A stretch of DNA of 55,598 nucleotides, filler included, from Sphacelaria rigidula (taxonomy: Eukaryota), in NCBI GenBank assembly GCA_964200075.2. It is 5 parts of 5 records of this genome, joined end to end, with 100 filler letters (N's around TTAATTAATTAA, not from the genome) between each part and the next. Parts side by side here need not be neighbours in the genome. Positions count along the whole stretch, not along the records: positions 1 to 11,041 come from CAXNAA020005490.1; positions 11,142 to 22,182 come from CAXNAA020005491.1; 3 more parts are not named here. One strand, given 5' to 3'. Numbering within the stretch: position 1 is the stretch's first letter; every line of letters begins with the position of its first letter. The position numbers and the translations under genes are program-made. This document shows, in pieces, positions 1 to 12,109 of this stretch. The notes below the pieces were generated by a model. That model searched no databases and was not told where the DNA came from. It worked only from the letters and a program-made list of their open reading frames with translations.

Positions 1-1879
1 CTATTGATCTCATTGAGCGTGGCGGCGGAAGCCGCCGAACCCCTTGTATATATATATGTGTGTATATATGCCTAGATACAAATTCACATGGGCCAGCACA
101 TCGCTGCGGCATACATGATGGTACCACAAGGCACCAAAGCACTACCCACCACTTGTAGAAAACAGCGCCACCCGTAGCTTGGGTTCATCGTCACTGTACA
201 TATGGAGTGTGTAACTCTAATGCTGGGTCTGACAGGAGCAACCCTAAACGCGACTATTGTACTGCCTGAGCGTGCGCAAATAACTGTTTCGTGCGTGTTT
301 GCGTATGTTGCACCGGTATGCACATGCAAGAGGCAACCAAGTGATCACCCATGCGGGTTATTCCTAAAGCTCCCACACGTGCACGGGTCTGACAATCCCG
401 CCTCGTGGCGAAAGTTTTGGATAAAGAATAGAAAATAACCGTGGCTGATCGAAAAAAGGCGGCGCTTTCAGCGGTATGAGTCAAATCATACAACGCATAC
501 ACGAATATCAAGCAATTTAATTCTTGTTTTTGATCAGTCCCTCTACGTTATAAAATGCAAACTTGACTTTAGTATGAACTCCGTCATGCTAATGTTTGCC
601 GGCCTTCTGCAGTCCGTAGCCGCACTACAGTACCGTGGTACGGAGAGATGGTATTGAGGAGAACAACGGCCTCACAAGGGGCGCTTTTGTCTTCCGGTAT
701 ACGGGTTGCTGTACCGAACGTTCGCTATGAGCGTCGTCGTGCCTGCGGTATGGTTGCGGTGGCTAGGGTTGGCGTTGGAGTCTCCGTTTGCGCTTAGCTT
801 GCTCCGGTATCCTGCACGCCTTTGGATACACGGGGTATGAGATACAATAGTGTTATCGCCGTCGTTGTGCGTTGCTTCATGCTGCCCGGACGGCACATCC
901 CCGAGGAAAGGACTGTATCGGCATCAATGTTACTGGCTCCCTATTGCTGGCAGTCGTGCTTCTGTTCTGGACGGCTCATGTTGATCGGTGCGTACATTAC
1001 CCACGCGATGCCCACTGGCGGACCAGGGTTGGCGCATCTTGCGGTAAAAAAATAGCTCGTACCGCGACAGAAAGTTGTCGCGAGGTGCAATGGCAAAGAC
1101 GAGAAAACACTCTGCACACGGGACATCACACAGCTAACGTCAACATGCGTCTCTCTTGCGTGTGCGACCCCGTGCGCTACAGCACCGCCCCCTTTCGACG
1201 GTATACCGTAAGCTTGCTTCATGACTTGGTGCCTGTGAAAATGTTATCAAAATATTAGGGCTGTGAACTGGACCAGTTTATACTGTGGATTGAAGTGGTA
1301 CTGGAGTTCAACCGGAAGCGATACGAGAAAACGGCATGTTGAACAGCATTGTGCCCGGTAGCGAATAGTATCAACTAGTATATATAGTACAGAAGATGCA
1401 AGTCTTGGGTGTCTCAGGATTTAGGACAGGTCATGCATAGCTTCACTTCGTGACCACGTCCAGTACATCGCACATCAAAAAACATTCTGCCCCAGTCGAC
1501 CTTGCGGTACGAGACCTTGCAGCACTCAACTCGAGAACAGTGACGAAATCTCGACGCACAAGACAAGAAAAAAACGCATGACTTGGGTACAAGTGCACGC
1601 TCAAGTCTCCCCGCTCTAGTTTCCGGAAACGCGTTTCTCACCTCGTTTGGATAACAACACCGCGAAGCACAAGCTGCTTCGTTGCCCGTGTTCCAGCTGT
1701 GAAATGTACGAGCCCTGCAGCCTTCGAACGGTTTCTCTAACGGGTGACCAGTGTAGTGTGGCCCAGCTTTCTGCTTTCCTTCTTTTTCATTTTGTCATGC
1801 TTACAGCCTGCCTACAGCCTGCCTACAGCCTACTCTGTTGCTTCTCTTTCTTTCAAAGTGATCTTCCCCCTTTCTCCAT

Positions 1880-1946
1880 TTTGTTTCGGCGAGCGTTCCG
1901 TTTATTGACCTTACCATTGCTGCTCCCGCGAATCAGTTCATGTGCT

Positions 1947-1977
<31 letters not shown>

Positions 1978-1980
1978 GCC
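1880..1980 (+). mobile_element. Short 3' tail of an (AATC)n-tailed non-LTR retrotransposon
   Basis: ...ccgtttattgacc...atcagttcatgtgctacAATCAATCAATC... matches the 3' end at 3550-3660 (ccgtttattatacc...atcagtcgatgtgccacaatcaatc). Confidence 0.55.
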
Positions 1981-2056
1981 AAGCAAAGCAACCAACGACC
2001 AACCGTAAGATGTACTTTCGTTATTCATTCCATGAGAAAAAAGGAACGTGGTTCAC

Positions 2057-5000
2057 CTGCCCAATCCGTTTCGCCTGCACGTAGCTGAGAACTCCAATGG
2101 CGGTGTTGATCACGTACACCACAAACAGCCCCATCTGAGAAACGCCGATTAAATTCAAATACAACGGGATGAGGGCACAAGGGTATGCCGCACAAAAACG
2201 ATCAAGAGATGTCGGGAACACCCTGCGGGGCACCATGTCATTGTTGAGGCACACCTGTGCCTTCAACTAGAGGGTAGGAGCACAATCTAAGCTAGCCTGC
2301 GTTCACGCTGGTGTACATGAACTTAGCCGTACAAAGTACAACATTATTCAAAGGACGTGGTTTGTGTCTAACCCTGACCCAGACTGTACATGTAACCTTA
2401 TGGGTGAAGCAGAGTGGTTCTTGACTACACTATACTCTGGGCCGCAGCACACACCCTTTCCCTTGAACGAGTATAGTGTTTGCTGTATCCGCCGGCGTCT
2501 ATAGTAGACCGATCGTGTACCCGGAGTAGACCTGAAAGTTGCAGACCGCACTACATACAAGAGCCTAAACCCGACCACACGAACTGGCCACCAGGAAATT
2601 CACGATTTCAACAATCAACCATTTGAGGGCTCAAGGAGGCTGGCCACCCCCCCCAAACACTGGGGGGATCGCTTCCAGGAGAACCTACGCGAACCAGCGG
2701 CTCCTGCACGTAAAGGATCACGACGGAAATGGTTCGCGTCTACGGAGTGGAGGTCAAAGACGCACACAATTGGGTCGCTGCAGCGAAAAAGTATATGAGC
2801 GATTGGCATCTTGGAGTCGAGAAAGGGGCGGGAAGAGTTAGAGGACGCCTGGCGACGCGAAGACGAACTCGAATCAAGCTTCCGCCACAAACGAGATGTT
2901 GCTGCATCGAGGGCGGCCAATCAGAGAATCGCCACCGCTGAGACAACAAGAGCAACAGCTGGCGAGGAATCCAGGATGAAAATAGTCCTGAGAGTTGCCC
3001 ACTTTATACCCGAATAGGGATGACTGGGAGAAACTGGGTTCACACGGACACTGGTGTACCGCCGTCTTCTCTTTCGGTTGTTGGCTTATTCCGTGGCCTG
3101 TGGTCTTGCAGTGTTCTCTGCCTGTTTCTTTTTTTGTATATACTGTGCCATTTCTTCGGGCTTGAACGCTTCTGTAGTTTGGTTCTTCTAATTTCTTCCT
3201 TCTTCTTTGTCCGTGCTACACAGGTAGCAGTACGGTGCCTTGATTCCGTAGGGCTCATGCGTGAGAGTTCACACACGAAAAATATTACCAAAATAGCTGA
3301 GCTGCGATCTACGTTGGTGCTATTTTGTTCCCTTGTGTGTATGAGTGCATGTGCCTTTTGCGCAAGACCTTCTTCACGGGAAACATATCTACTTCTGTCT
3401 ATCTCCAGCGCTTCTGCGTTCCTCTCGTTTCCCGTTTTCTGCTTTCTGGTTGGTTTTTGCTTCAATTACTCGTATTTTCAGTTCTTCAATTTACTCCCGT
3501 TGTTGTTGCCTCTTCTTGCTTTGGCCACTTTCCTTCGTCTCCTGGGAGCATTACCGTTTATTATACCCTCGGGTCCATCCATCTTATGAGCAAAGCATCA
3601 ATAGCATCAAAAGGTCCCTCGGGGATCAGTCGATGTGCCACAATCAATCAACCAAATCGAAACAAGCCATCTCAACCAACGATCATCTTCATTTATGACC
3701 ATCTCTGCAAACGATGAACCATCAACCTGTGTAATAAATGCCCTCACACAAAAAAGAGGCAACAAAAAAAATAACTCAAGACATGAAAAATAGTCAAATA
3801 AGCAAGCGTACCTTGAGGAATTCGCGCACGTCGTACGGCAACTCCGTCAACGGGAACCCTTGAAGTTCCACAAACCCGCACAATAGGGTAAGAGCCAGCA
3901 GCACCGTGTGGCCTGACTGCAGGTACGAATTGGCAATGCCCACGAACGGCTTACCCTCTCCCAGGAAGCTTGAAAACCCATCGTATCTGCCAATACCAAA
4001 AGGCAAGGAGCAGCTAGACTTGAGAGTAAATCTTGCAGGCACAAACGGCCGCGCTGGTTTCGGTGAGATGAGCGAAACATGAGTTAAGAGCAAAGTCGAT
4101 ACCCACAGTGGATGATTCTACTCCAGTACAATGGACACACGGTTGTCGCAGGCGTACAAGGTCTACGACGAGGACGGCCAAAAATAAAAAACAAGGCACA
4201 GCTGCCGCGAAACAAAAAGAAACATGGGATGCCGGACGCCTGGGTAAATCCTTCGCTTGCAACCGCATAGTCAGTAGCGACTGCATCGAAGACACCACAT
4301 CGCCCCGACACAGTTCGCTCTCATCACGTGCGGGAAGACAACCTCCTGAAATGAAAAGAAAGCGTCCGCAGAGGAAGCGAGCAGGCGGTGCACTCACGAT
4401 TCTGACGTGAACAGTCTGTCGTCGCTGTCGGCCTGAGGATCAAGCTCCAGCAGAGAGGTGAACGCAGCCAGGTCACTCCTGTCCACCTTCTTCGACTCCT
4501 CAATCTGAAGCACAACACAAGGCGTGAGGGGTAACACACATTTGTCGCGCTCTCGAGCGGCCACAGTGACTATGATGGCCAAGATACAACGTGTTTTTGC
4601 TGTGTGTATGACCTCTTATGCCACGCGGGCACCGAATGCGAAATGCGGGTGTACGCAAGGAGCAATGCGCAACGAGTTATCGCCATCGAATGCAACCGAT
4701 GGTTGGCAAGGTGTCCACCTCACTCTTCCAGCTTGGGTGAAAATACTGTATATGAATGCGTTCGAAACGGCAATCCACTTCTGATACGGGTAGACCAGCA
4801 ATCCAACGCATGAGAGACGGAGAAGACACTGTTGCACGCAGAAAATTATGACGGCTTGATGTCAACCTAGAAAGCAGCAGGGCGGACCTTAGAAACAAGG
4901 AGGAAAAGTCTATACACACGTCTCTGTAAGTTGCATCACATCGACAGACGATTGCGAGGTTATGATCTGTAGGCTACGGGCGTGTTCGGTAGGGTATGGG

Positions 5001-8000
5001 GTTTCTTACACAACTTACAGAACCTGTCGGGTACGGTATGAAGGTTGCAAGAAACCCTTACCTGAAACCGGGTACTTCTTCTACAAGGGCATACCCGTGC
5101 CCCGGGTAAGGGTGAAACTTTCGGATACCGGTGGAAGGCTGTCAGAACTCATAAGACCTGTCGGGTACCGGTATGAAGGGCTTACAGATGTCAGAGAACT
5201 GTCGGGTACGGGTAATACCCGTGTAAATACCCCGGGGTATACAAAAAAACGCACCCTGATTGATTGATTGTCGCACTTCAACTGACCCCCCAGGGGTCTA
5301 GCCGTGGTGTCATGATAGCCATACCCAACAAAAACGAAACTGAAACACGCCCTGAAAAAAAGATGGAACATAACAAAACAAAAAGTCGAACAGAACGACA
5401 TAGCAGACTAAGTCGTAACAAATTGGAAAAAAAAAAAAAACTACATGACACAAACTTGAAAAAGATTGCACACAACATGTCTCAACCTACTGAAGAGCTC
5501 CGCGGACGTTTTTTACCGTCGTCGTACATTCAGACAAGTCGAGTGCAATAATATTCAAGGTCCTGGGCAACGGCCAGCAAAGGTACAAAGGAGCGCACCG
5601 GCTGAAACATCAACCATGCGTTCGACACACCAGTCCTGCGCAAACCCGACGCGTCAACCTCTGCCCAGTGCAATCAACGACCCACCTCGATAACCTTCTT
5701 CTCTCTGGCCTTTTTCCGGGGCTTTTTCGCGATATCCTTCAAGTCTGGTAAAGGCATCATTCCCTCCGGCGTCGGTCCTCCCTGCATACACATACGCGCA
5801 AATCCACCAAGAATCGTTTTCGACGGGAATAACAATAAAGTTGACAAAAGCGGAGACGACTCTTGAAGCATCTTCGGCGAGTGAAGGAGGCATCCTGTAG
5901 ATGACTGGCTACTGTGCACTCGCGAGGCATCCGCGTGCAGCACACGTTGACCTTAACGCGTGAGTTCGTTGCACGTCTGTCCATGGTGTCCGGGTGTCAA
6001 CGTGGTAGGGTCTTGACACAGAGCCGTGCATCTCACCAGGGACAGATTTTGCTTCCCCGCTTGAGCGACTTCCGATTCCACCGGCAGCTCAGTGTCCAGA
6101 TCGAAACTGTACTTGGGCTCCTGCGGTTTGAGCAAAACCAGCACAGCGAGACGATAACGATATGACACATCATAATCACAATTCACCGGAGGGGACAAAC
6201 AGGGGAAACCCCAAATTCATGTACAAGACATGTTTATGGTAGTTTTATGAGCAATCTTTGGGGGGAGGGGGGAGGGGGAGGCGGTAGGGTTCAGCTTCAC
6301 CACCTCCACAAGCAACGGAACCAGCACATGCCTATAGATTTTCAAGTAAGTAAACAAAAGAGCTTCCTGCCACAGAAGGCTTCTTCGTGATGCCGGGGCA
6401 TACGGAGCTTACTCTCCACACTTGCACCACATCAAAATGGTTGCTGCTTTTGTTGGCGTATGTCGATGTCATGTCATGTCATGTTGATGTCATGTTGCTT
6501 TCAACGAATAGTAAGGCGAAAAGCCCCTCGAGAGTGCAATTGGAGGCAAGAGGGAGACGAGGTGATCGCCGTGATTGTAGGATTTTTGTATTACGTTTCC
6601 AATAAGCCTCCCACCGACGTTTCAATCGCGATCATTTTGCCGCGTTATACCGCGCTGAGTCAGACCATTTTTCAATTCTTCAGTTTCTGGTGGCTTGACC
6701 AATAACCGGGGGAAACAGGATTGCACAGCGCAGAAAGGTGTGCCCAGAGACAAACCCGAAAGTTACTCTCAACTGCGTCCACGCTTCAATCAAAGCTGAC
6801 GTTGCTAGGACCGTTCACGCTGGCTGTATACCGAGCGCCAGGCTAGAGCAGCGATCGAAGTTGTAGCACTTCTTGGGAAACTGCTCGCACATCAGAAAAC
6901 ATGGACTGTGTTGGCTTTCCGCGTGCTACATAATAGCCACTTGCCCACAAAAAACATTTTCAGTCAGTATTGTGCCCGCGCGGGCCTACGGGACGCACGG
7001 AACTTCGCAGTGCACGCACCATAGCTCGGAGCCTAGCCCTTGCTGGCTACTGACACCCGGCTTGTGAAGGCATAACTCTATCCAGTACGTCGGAAGCGAT
7101 GACCCCGTTGTGCTGACGTTAACTTTCATAGTCGTGTGTTGATAAAACTATGATATCGACTGTACGGTACGTGTCGCGAATTAACTTATACCAAGACATG
7201 CATCCGTGGTCATCATCCACGGGATACATGTACCCAAGGTAAATAAAACGGAAACACTCGCGAAAAAGAAAAAGAAAAAAAGGGATGGGGGGGGGGGAGA
7301 GGGAAAAGGCGCGAAAAAGGATACTGCGGGAATGACAAGTCGACCTGTGATGAGTGAGATACTGTGCTGTCCGTACAACCTGTTGGTAAACCGGTATGGC
7401 AACAGTCATGGTTCACGAAAGGTTTCCAGTCAAACCTCTCAAAGGCTTCTTCGAGAGCTCGAAACAGGGTTTCGTAGCCAATGGTACCGAACGATAAGCC
7501 CGTAGCTTTTGGGCGTGTGAGCACGAGCATATGGCAAATCCTACTAACATACCAAGATATCAAGAAAAACGGTCAAATACACTACATTCTGGTGTGTAGG
7601 AGGCATACAACTACGCTTCGCAACATACGTGCAGGGTCGTCATTTTGCGGACTCTTGAACATGGTCTCGAGCCTACCAGGTTCCAACGGATTCACCCTTC
7701 CACTGCGAGTCCCCACAGACCGGCTGATATCGTCTCAGGTCAACTTGGCTCCGGAACAATTGTTTTTGCCAGGGGCGCAGCACGCCTACTTACATGGAGT
7801 GATGGGTATTGAGCGTTTGTACAGAGATTGCTGCTGGGGAAACCCTGATCGTTTTCGAGCCAAGTCAAGCGTATGTACCTTGTCACTTGTCACTGGGCGA
7901 GTGTCGTAGGGCACACCCCTTCTTCCATGCTTTACAAGTGATACACAGTGGCTTGTCACTGCTCATGCGATATACGCAAACATACTGCCTGCCAGTGTTT

Positions 8001-10701
8001 TGTGGTGGTGTTGATTATTTTGGGGCATTGCTTTCGAACCGGTCGCCCCGGTGGCTCAGCTGGTAACCTCGAAAACTTTTGACGGTTGGGTCGTGGGTTC
8101 AATTCTCGGAGNNNNNNNNNTGGAGAGCGACCATGTCGTGGGTACACAAATTTCAACTTAACGGTCGACGAGGGAAAGGGACTGCTGAACCCCTCTCGCG
8201 ATAGAAAAATAAACGCAAGCACTGCAAACGGAAGGTGGAGTATTAAAAACAAATAAGAAACAGCTCCTGTGTTGACCTTCCTCCTGTGTGACCCCGGCTG
8301 GTGCGCCCACATATACCGAAAGGTGTAGACCGGCGTCCAAAATAGATGGGACGACAACACACACATTACTTTGATGCTGGAACACCTCGCCATGTTTTTA
8401 TGTTCCACTACATGTTGCATCATCTCAACCGCACCCGTGTCTTTCAACTACCGTACGGGACAGGTGGATTTTTCTTCATCACCGACGAAGTGCGAAAGTA
8501 CAAGAGATAGTCAATATGTTCGTCCTAAACCGAACGCAGTCTACATTGTTCATATCTATGGTTACTTCGCGTTCCTCCAAGAGTGTGTGCAGCAATCTTG
8601 GCAACAAAGCAAGGGAGCAACTAGGTGGCAAAGACTGGGCAAATAGGTGGCAAAGACCAAACAGCACCTCCTTTCTCGTGGGCTTGAATTGCCCATTAAT
8701 CGCTACGGTTATGGTCAAATACAGTTTGCCTGTGAGATAGACGACAGCAGACCATGAGCAGGGGAACATACTGAATCACTTAACCAGCCCAAATTATCGA
8801 AATGGTCGTCCCCCTCCTTGTTCAGCCTGCCGCTCGATCCAGATATTTCCTGAAAATGCGCATGGTTGATCCAACAAGCGTTTAGGACAAACTTTAAAGC
8901 TTAAAGTCTTACCGAAGATTCTTCACCATGGACTACCGGCACCCGAGCGATCTGAACAAAAGGCCTGGGTGCTCAAAGGCTACAAAAAGCGCGTTGCTGC
9001 GTCACGATTACGTTGGGATATACCTTCCACGAAGGATCTCTTTTCTTGCGAAGTGTAAGTACCAAACCTCAAAATATCTTCTGAAATAATCGACAATCTG
9101 GCGACAACGCAATTAGACGGGCAGTTCTACAACCATGCCTACTCTAGTGCTCACACTATGCCACGCAGTATGACAGCCTGTTGTTTCAACTCTCGACTTT
9201 GGATGAGGAAAATTCAGGAGCCGAGGAAGAGACGCCTGTTTTTTCTCCGGCCACTTCTGTAATGCTGCTGATCAGATACAAGGTTTATGAGCCGTATCCT
9301 GTGACCTTCACGTCTGTTAGTGCTGCCTCCTTGGATGGTACTACATAATCAGGATCCGCTGTTGCAATCTGCCGTGCGGACAGACAGTATAAGCTGCGTT
9401 TTACTCGCTCAGCTCTGCCGATCCTTCAGCGATCCCAACACTCACTTTTTTGGGTTTGTTCGTGACCTCCGTTTCGCCAGCGACCCCTCCCATCATTTCC
9501 AACTCGGGTACCTCCGTCCTGGGCACGAGGTTTGAAGGAGAAAACATATCTTCGCCCGCCAGCTCCTGTAAGACACGCGTCAAGTGGTATTGGTCGGCAA
9601 GGTGTGTATTGTAGCGAGTGTCGTTGGAGCACGTGAAAAGACCAGACAAGTTCATACCTTCTTCAAAGGTCGGACAGTGGCAAGCGACTCAACCATGTTG
9701 CATTCACCCGAAGTTTTCTTCCAATGTGTGATACCCAATGCACCCAGAAGTCGACGGGATGCGAATTTGCTGATCAAGTCAAATTGCCAGAGAGGTACTG
9801 AAAAAGAGGTAGGGCGATCCCTTGACACTAGAGACTGGTCCCGAGGAAGCGGGGAGAGATGGGATTTCAAGTAGGAAGGAAAAAAATCATGTACACAGCC
9901 GCAAATATGCTGACAGTCTCAGGAAATGAATTTGTTAGACGGTGTTGTGGGCACCGCGAGAACTTGTATGGAATGAATACTGTTCTAATACAGTTCGTGC
10001 GATTTGATAATGGTCCCATGTCGCGACAGTAGGACGGCCTGTGCGCCAACCAGATGTACGAAAAAGACGGAGGATGAATCGAAAGCTGCACCATGTAGGC
10101 GACGTGTCTAGCACACGAATGCGGGAACACAAACAAAAAATGTTTCAACTGTCGATAATCTATTGCTCCATCGCAAGCATCGAGTTCTTGACGGCGAAAA
10201 ACGCGCGAAGTAGCGGGCGACAGATGATTTTGTTCCACAGCAGGAATTGACCCCTGCGGGCAAGATATACTCAGATGCGATGGACAGTAGAAGTAGTCAA
10301 TTTCATCGGTATACAAAACGCACGGCGACCAAAATATCCAATGGAAAACATCGGGAGCATAACGCAGTACGGTGCAAAACAGTATATACGCGTTTGTTAC
10401 ACGCGGCATAAATAGAGATGGAGCACCTGCGCCGTCCGGACGGCGCCCATGCCGAGCTCCAACGGCAATGGCGGTACGACAACTCCTGAGCCATAGCTCT
10501 CATCCTCATCATCTCCGCCATCATCTCCCTGCTCTTCGCGCTCCACCTTTTTATTCTCACTTATTTGTGGTGGTTGTGGCGGTGATGGTTGTTGCAAGGA
10601 TTCACTCGGGGTGGGCTTGCTTTTGCTACTGCTGTCCCCTGGTGCTGAGTCATCGACCCTCCGTCTACGCCTTTTCTTCGCCATCATCACCACGGACGTG
10701 C
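2057..10701 (-). CDS. Multi-exon gene (5' and 3' partial): hypothetical, probably plastid-targeted membrane protein
   Basis: GT-AG bounded exons: 10701-10427 (TSVVMMAKKRRRRRVDD...AVRTAQ), about 9518/9511-9446 (VPELEMMGGVAGETEVTNKPKK), 6120-6037 (EPKYSFDLD...NLSL), 5781-5686 (GGPTPEGMMPLPDLKDIAKK...VIE), 4504-4398 (IEESKKVDRSDLAAFTSLLELDPQADSDD...), 3986-3812 (YDGFSSFLGEGKPFVGIANSYLQSGHTVLLALTLLCGFVELQGFPLTELPYDVREFLK), 2134-2057 (MGLFVVYVINTAIGVLSYVQAKRIGQ). Phases join from the second exon onward; the first junction is unresolved. Two hydrophobic segments lie near the C-terminus, and 'VVMMAKK' resembles the end of a heterokont transit peptide. Confidence 0.75.
2575..3665 (+). mobile_element. 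5'-truncated, frameshifted LINE (RTE-like): ORF2 C-terminus, 3' UTR and (AATC) tail, intronic
   Basis: Broken peptide DRFQENL..RKGSRRKW..GVEVKDAHNWVAAAK..DWHLGVEKGA.ELEDAWRRED resembles, from memory, the W-rich C-terminus of RTE-type ORF2. It is followed by a T-rich UTR ending in caatcaatcaacc. Confidence 0.55.
4975..5260. repeat. Small interspersed element with internal sub-repeats (agaa/agacctgtcgggtac(c)ggtatgaagg x3)
   Basis: Motif at about 5019-5044, 5154-5180 and 5195-5212. Non-coding and intronic; probably a non-autonomous DNA element. Confidence 0.55.
8045..8250 (+). mobile_element. tRNA-derived SINE-like element (interrupted by a 9-N gap at 8112-8120)
   Basis: GCCCCGGTGGCTCAGCTGGTA (A box) ... 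GGTTCAATTCT (B box) at tRNA-like spacing, but the anticodon and T stems do not pair. Confidence 0.55.
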
Positions 10702-11041
10702 CTGGGGACGTACGTGTTCAACGACTAGATGGCTGGGTGTGCCGCGTGTACCAACTGCTCATGTGCATGAAAGGACTTGTAACGTGAGCTGCCGACAGAA
10801 TGAGAAAGGCGGAGGATGATTTGCCTTTCAGATGACGAGAATCTAGCCAGGGGCAATGAACCTTATTTTGACCCACGGCAGGGGCAAAAATTTACAAGTG
10901 GGGGCAAGGTTAGGACACGCAAACAGGAGGCTGTACTGACTGCACATCTACGACCCACTATCTCCCCTATCGTTGTGTGATTGGTGCGGTCTGGAGAAGC
11001 ATGGGAGCTACAAGCACAAAAAGGGGGGGGGGGGGGGGGGG

Positions 11042-11141
11042 NNNNNNNNNNNNNNNNNNNNNNNNNNNNNNNNNNNNNNNNNNNNTTAATTAATTAANNN
11101 NNNNNNNNNNNNNNNNNNNNNNNNNNNNNNNNNNNNNNNNN
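11042..11141. other. Artificial contig-concatenation linker (N44-TTAATTAATTAA-N44)
   Basis: Identical 100-nt linker, with stops in all six frames, recurs at 11042, 22183, 33322 and 44461. The segments between are 11041, 11041, 11039, 11039 and 11038 nt, i.e. size-sorted contigs. Confidence 0.97.
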
Positions 11142-11231
11142 GTCAAAGAAGGCCAAAAACGCCGTTTTGGTACTAAAATCAAGTAGTTTCCGGTTTCACC
11201 GCGGTACGGCAAACTTCATCGCACAAAGCCC

Positions 11232-11517
11232 AAAAACCTCACACCGTTGCAAGGAGTTAGACCCTGGAATTTTGCACAACTGTGCTTTGGGACATTACGC
11301 AACTTTGGATGGACGAGGTTTTTATATCTTTTGCTTTATTACCGTTTTACGGGGGTCCGATTGGGTCGAGGTTTCCCCCCACAAGCTGGGACCCCGAAAA
11401 ACGGTGGAAAAAGTAAAAAATTAGAAAAAAAACTCGATCATCGAAAGTTGCGCAAATACCCATAGAACATTTGTGCAAAAACTCAGGGTCTAACTCCTTA
11501 AAACGGCGTGAGGTTTT
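11232..11517. repeat. Imperfect fold-back (palindromic) element
   Basis: aaaacctcacaccgttgcaaggagttagaccctg...gcaacttt...accgttttacgggggtcc (11232-11358) is the reverse complement of ggaccccgaaaaacggt...aaagttgc...cagggtctaactccttaaaacggcgtgaggtttt (11389-11517). Confidence 0.85.
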
Positions 11518-12109
11518 GCCGAAGAGTATTTTTTGGGTGATCACCGTGAAGCAGCCTGTATCCGATGTAAAAGAGGGATGAAATTCCCACAACAGCTACT
11601 AAAACCCACGCAACATTTCACGAAAGGGGTTAACTATTTTCGAGGCACAAGCAAAGTACAGTAACGCAATCATGTATTCTAGCATTTCGCTATCGCCACC
11701 CTGCTGCCTCAGCCGCTTTGTTGGCGTGTGGCTACCTGCATGCAGCCTTTCATATATCTTTTAGGCCCTTTGAGGCAACGCCGAGACACAGACGACAAGC
11801 AAGACGACATTTTCGGGAGTTCGTTCGTCGACGTTGTCGTCTATTGAGAGGCAAAATTGCAAAAATCCTCCGTGGATAAAATCCTTCCCACCGACGTTTT
11901 GGATTGATTTTTACGGAGCAGCTGACAGGCTCCTCGAGAGACACACGTCAGCAATCCACCCGAGGAAATGTCAACACACGTCAGCTACGACTTTGCGGGT
12001 CACGTTTAACGCTGACGTTTTCGGCATTACCAATGTCACTGTCACCACGATCACCATGTTGATGTTGATCACGATCGTATGTATTGGCTATTTGCCGTTA
12101 ATTATTCAC

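Noticed and set aside
5-35. Motif tcattgagcgtggc(g/a)gc(g/a)(g/a)aagcc shared with 45158-45183
   Set aside because: Most likely a fragment of a common retroelement 3' UTR; too short to support a structured RNA or regulatory call.
2390-2532. Extra exon of the contig-1 gene
   Set aside because: In the required phase it hits a stop (VYSGYTIGLL*), whereas the direct join 3812^2134 is in frame and continues the hydrophobic domain.
8045-8111. Functional tRNA gene
   Set aside because: A and B boxes are present but the anticodon and T stems do not pair, and the 3' acceptor falls in an N gap. Better explained as a SINE head.
11086-11097. TTAATTAATTAA as a biological motif
   Set aside because: Synthetic six-frame-stop spacer within N padding.
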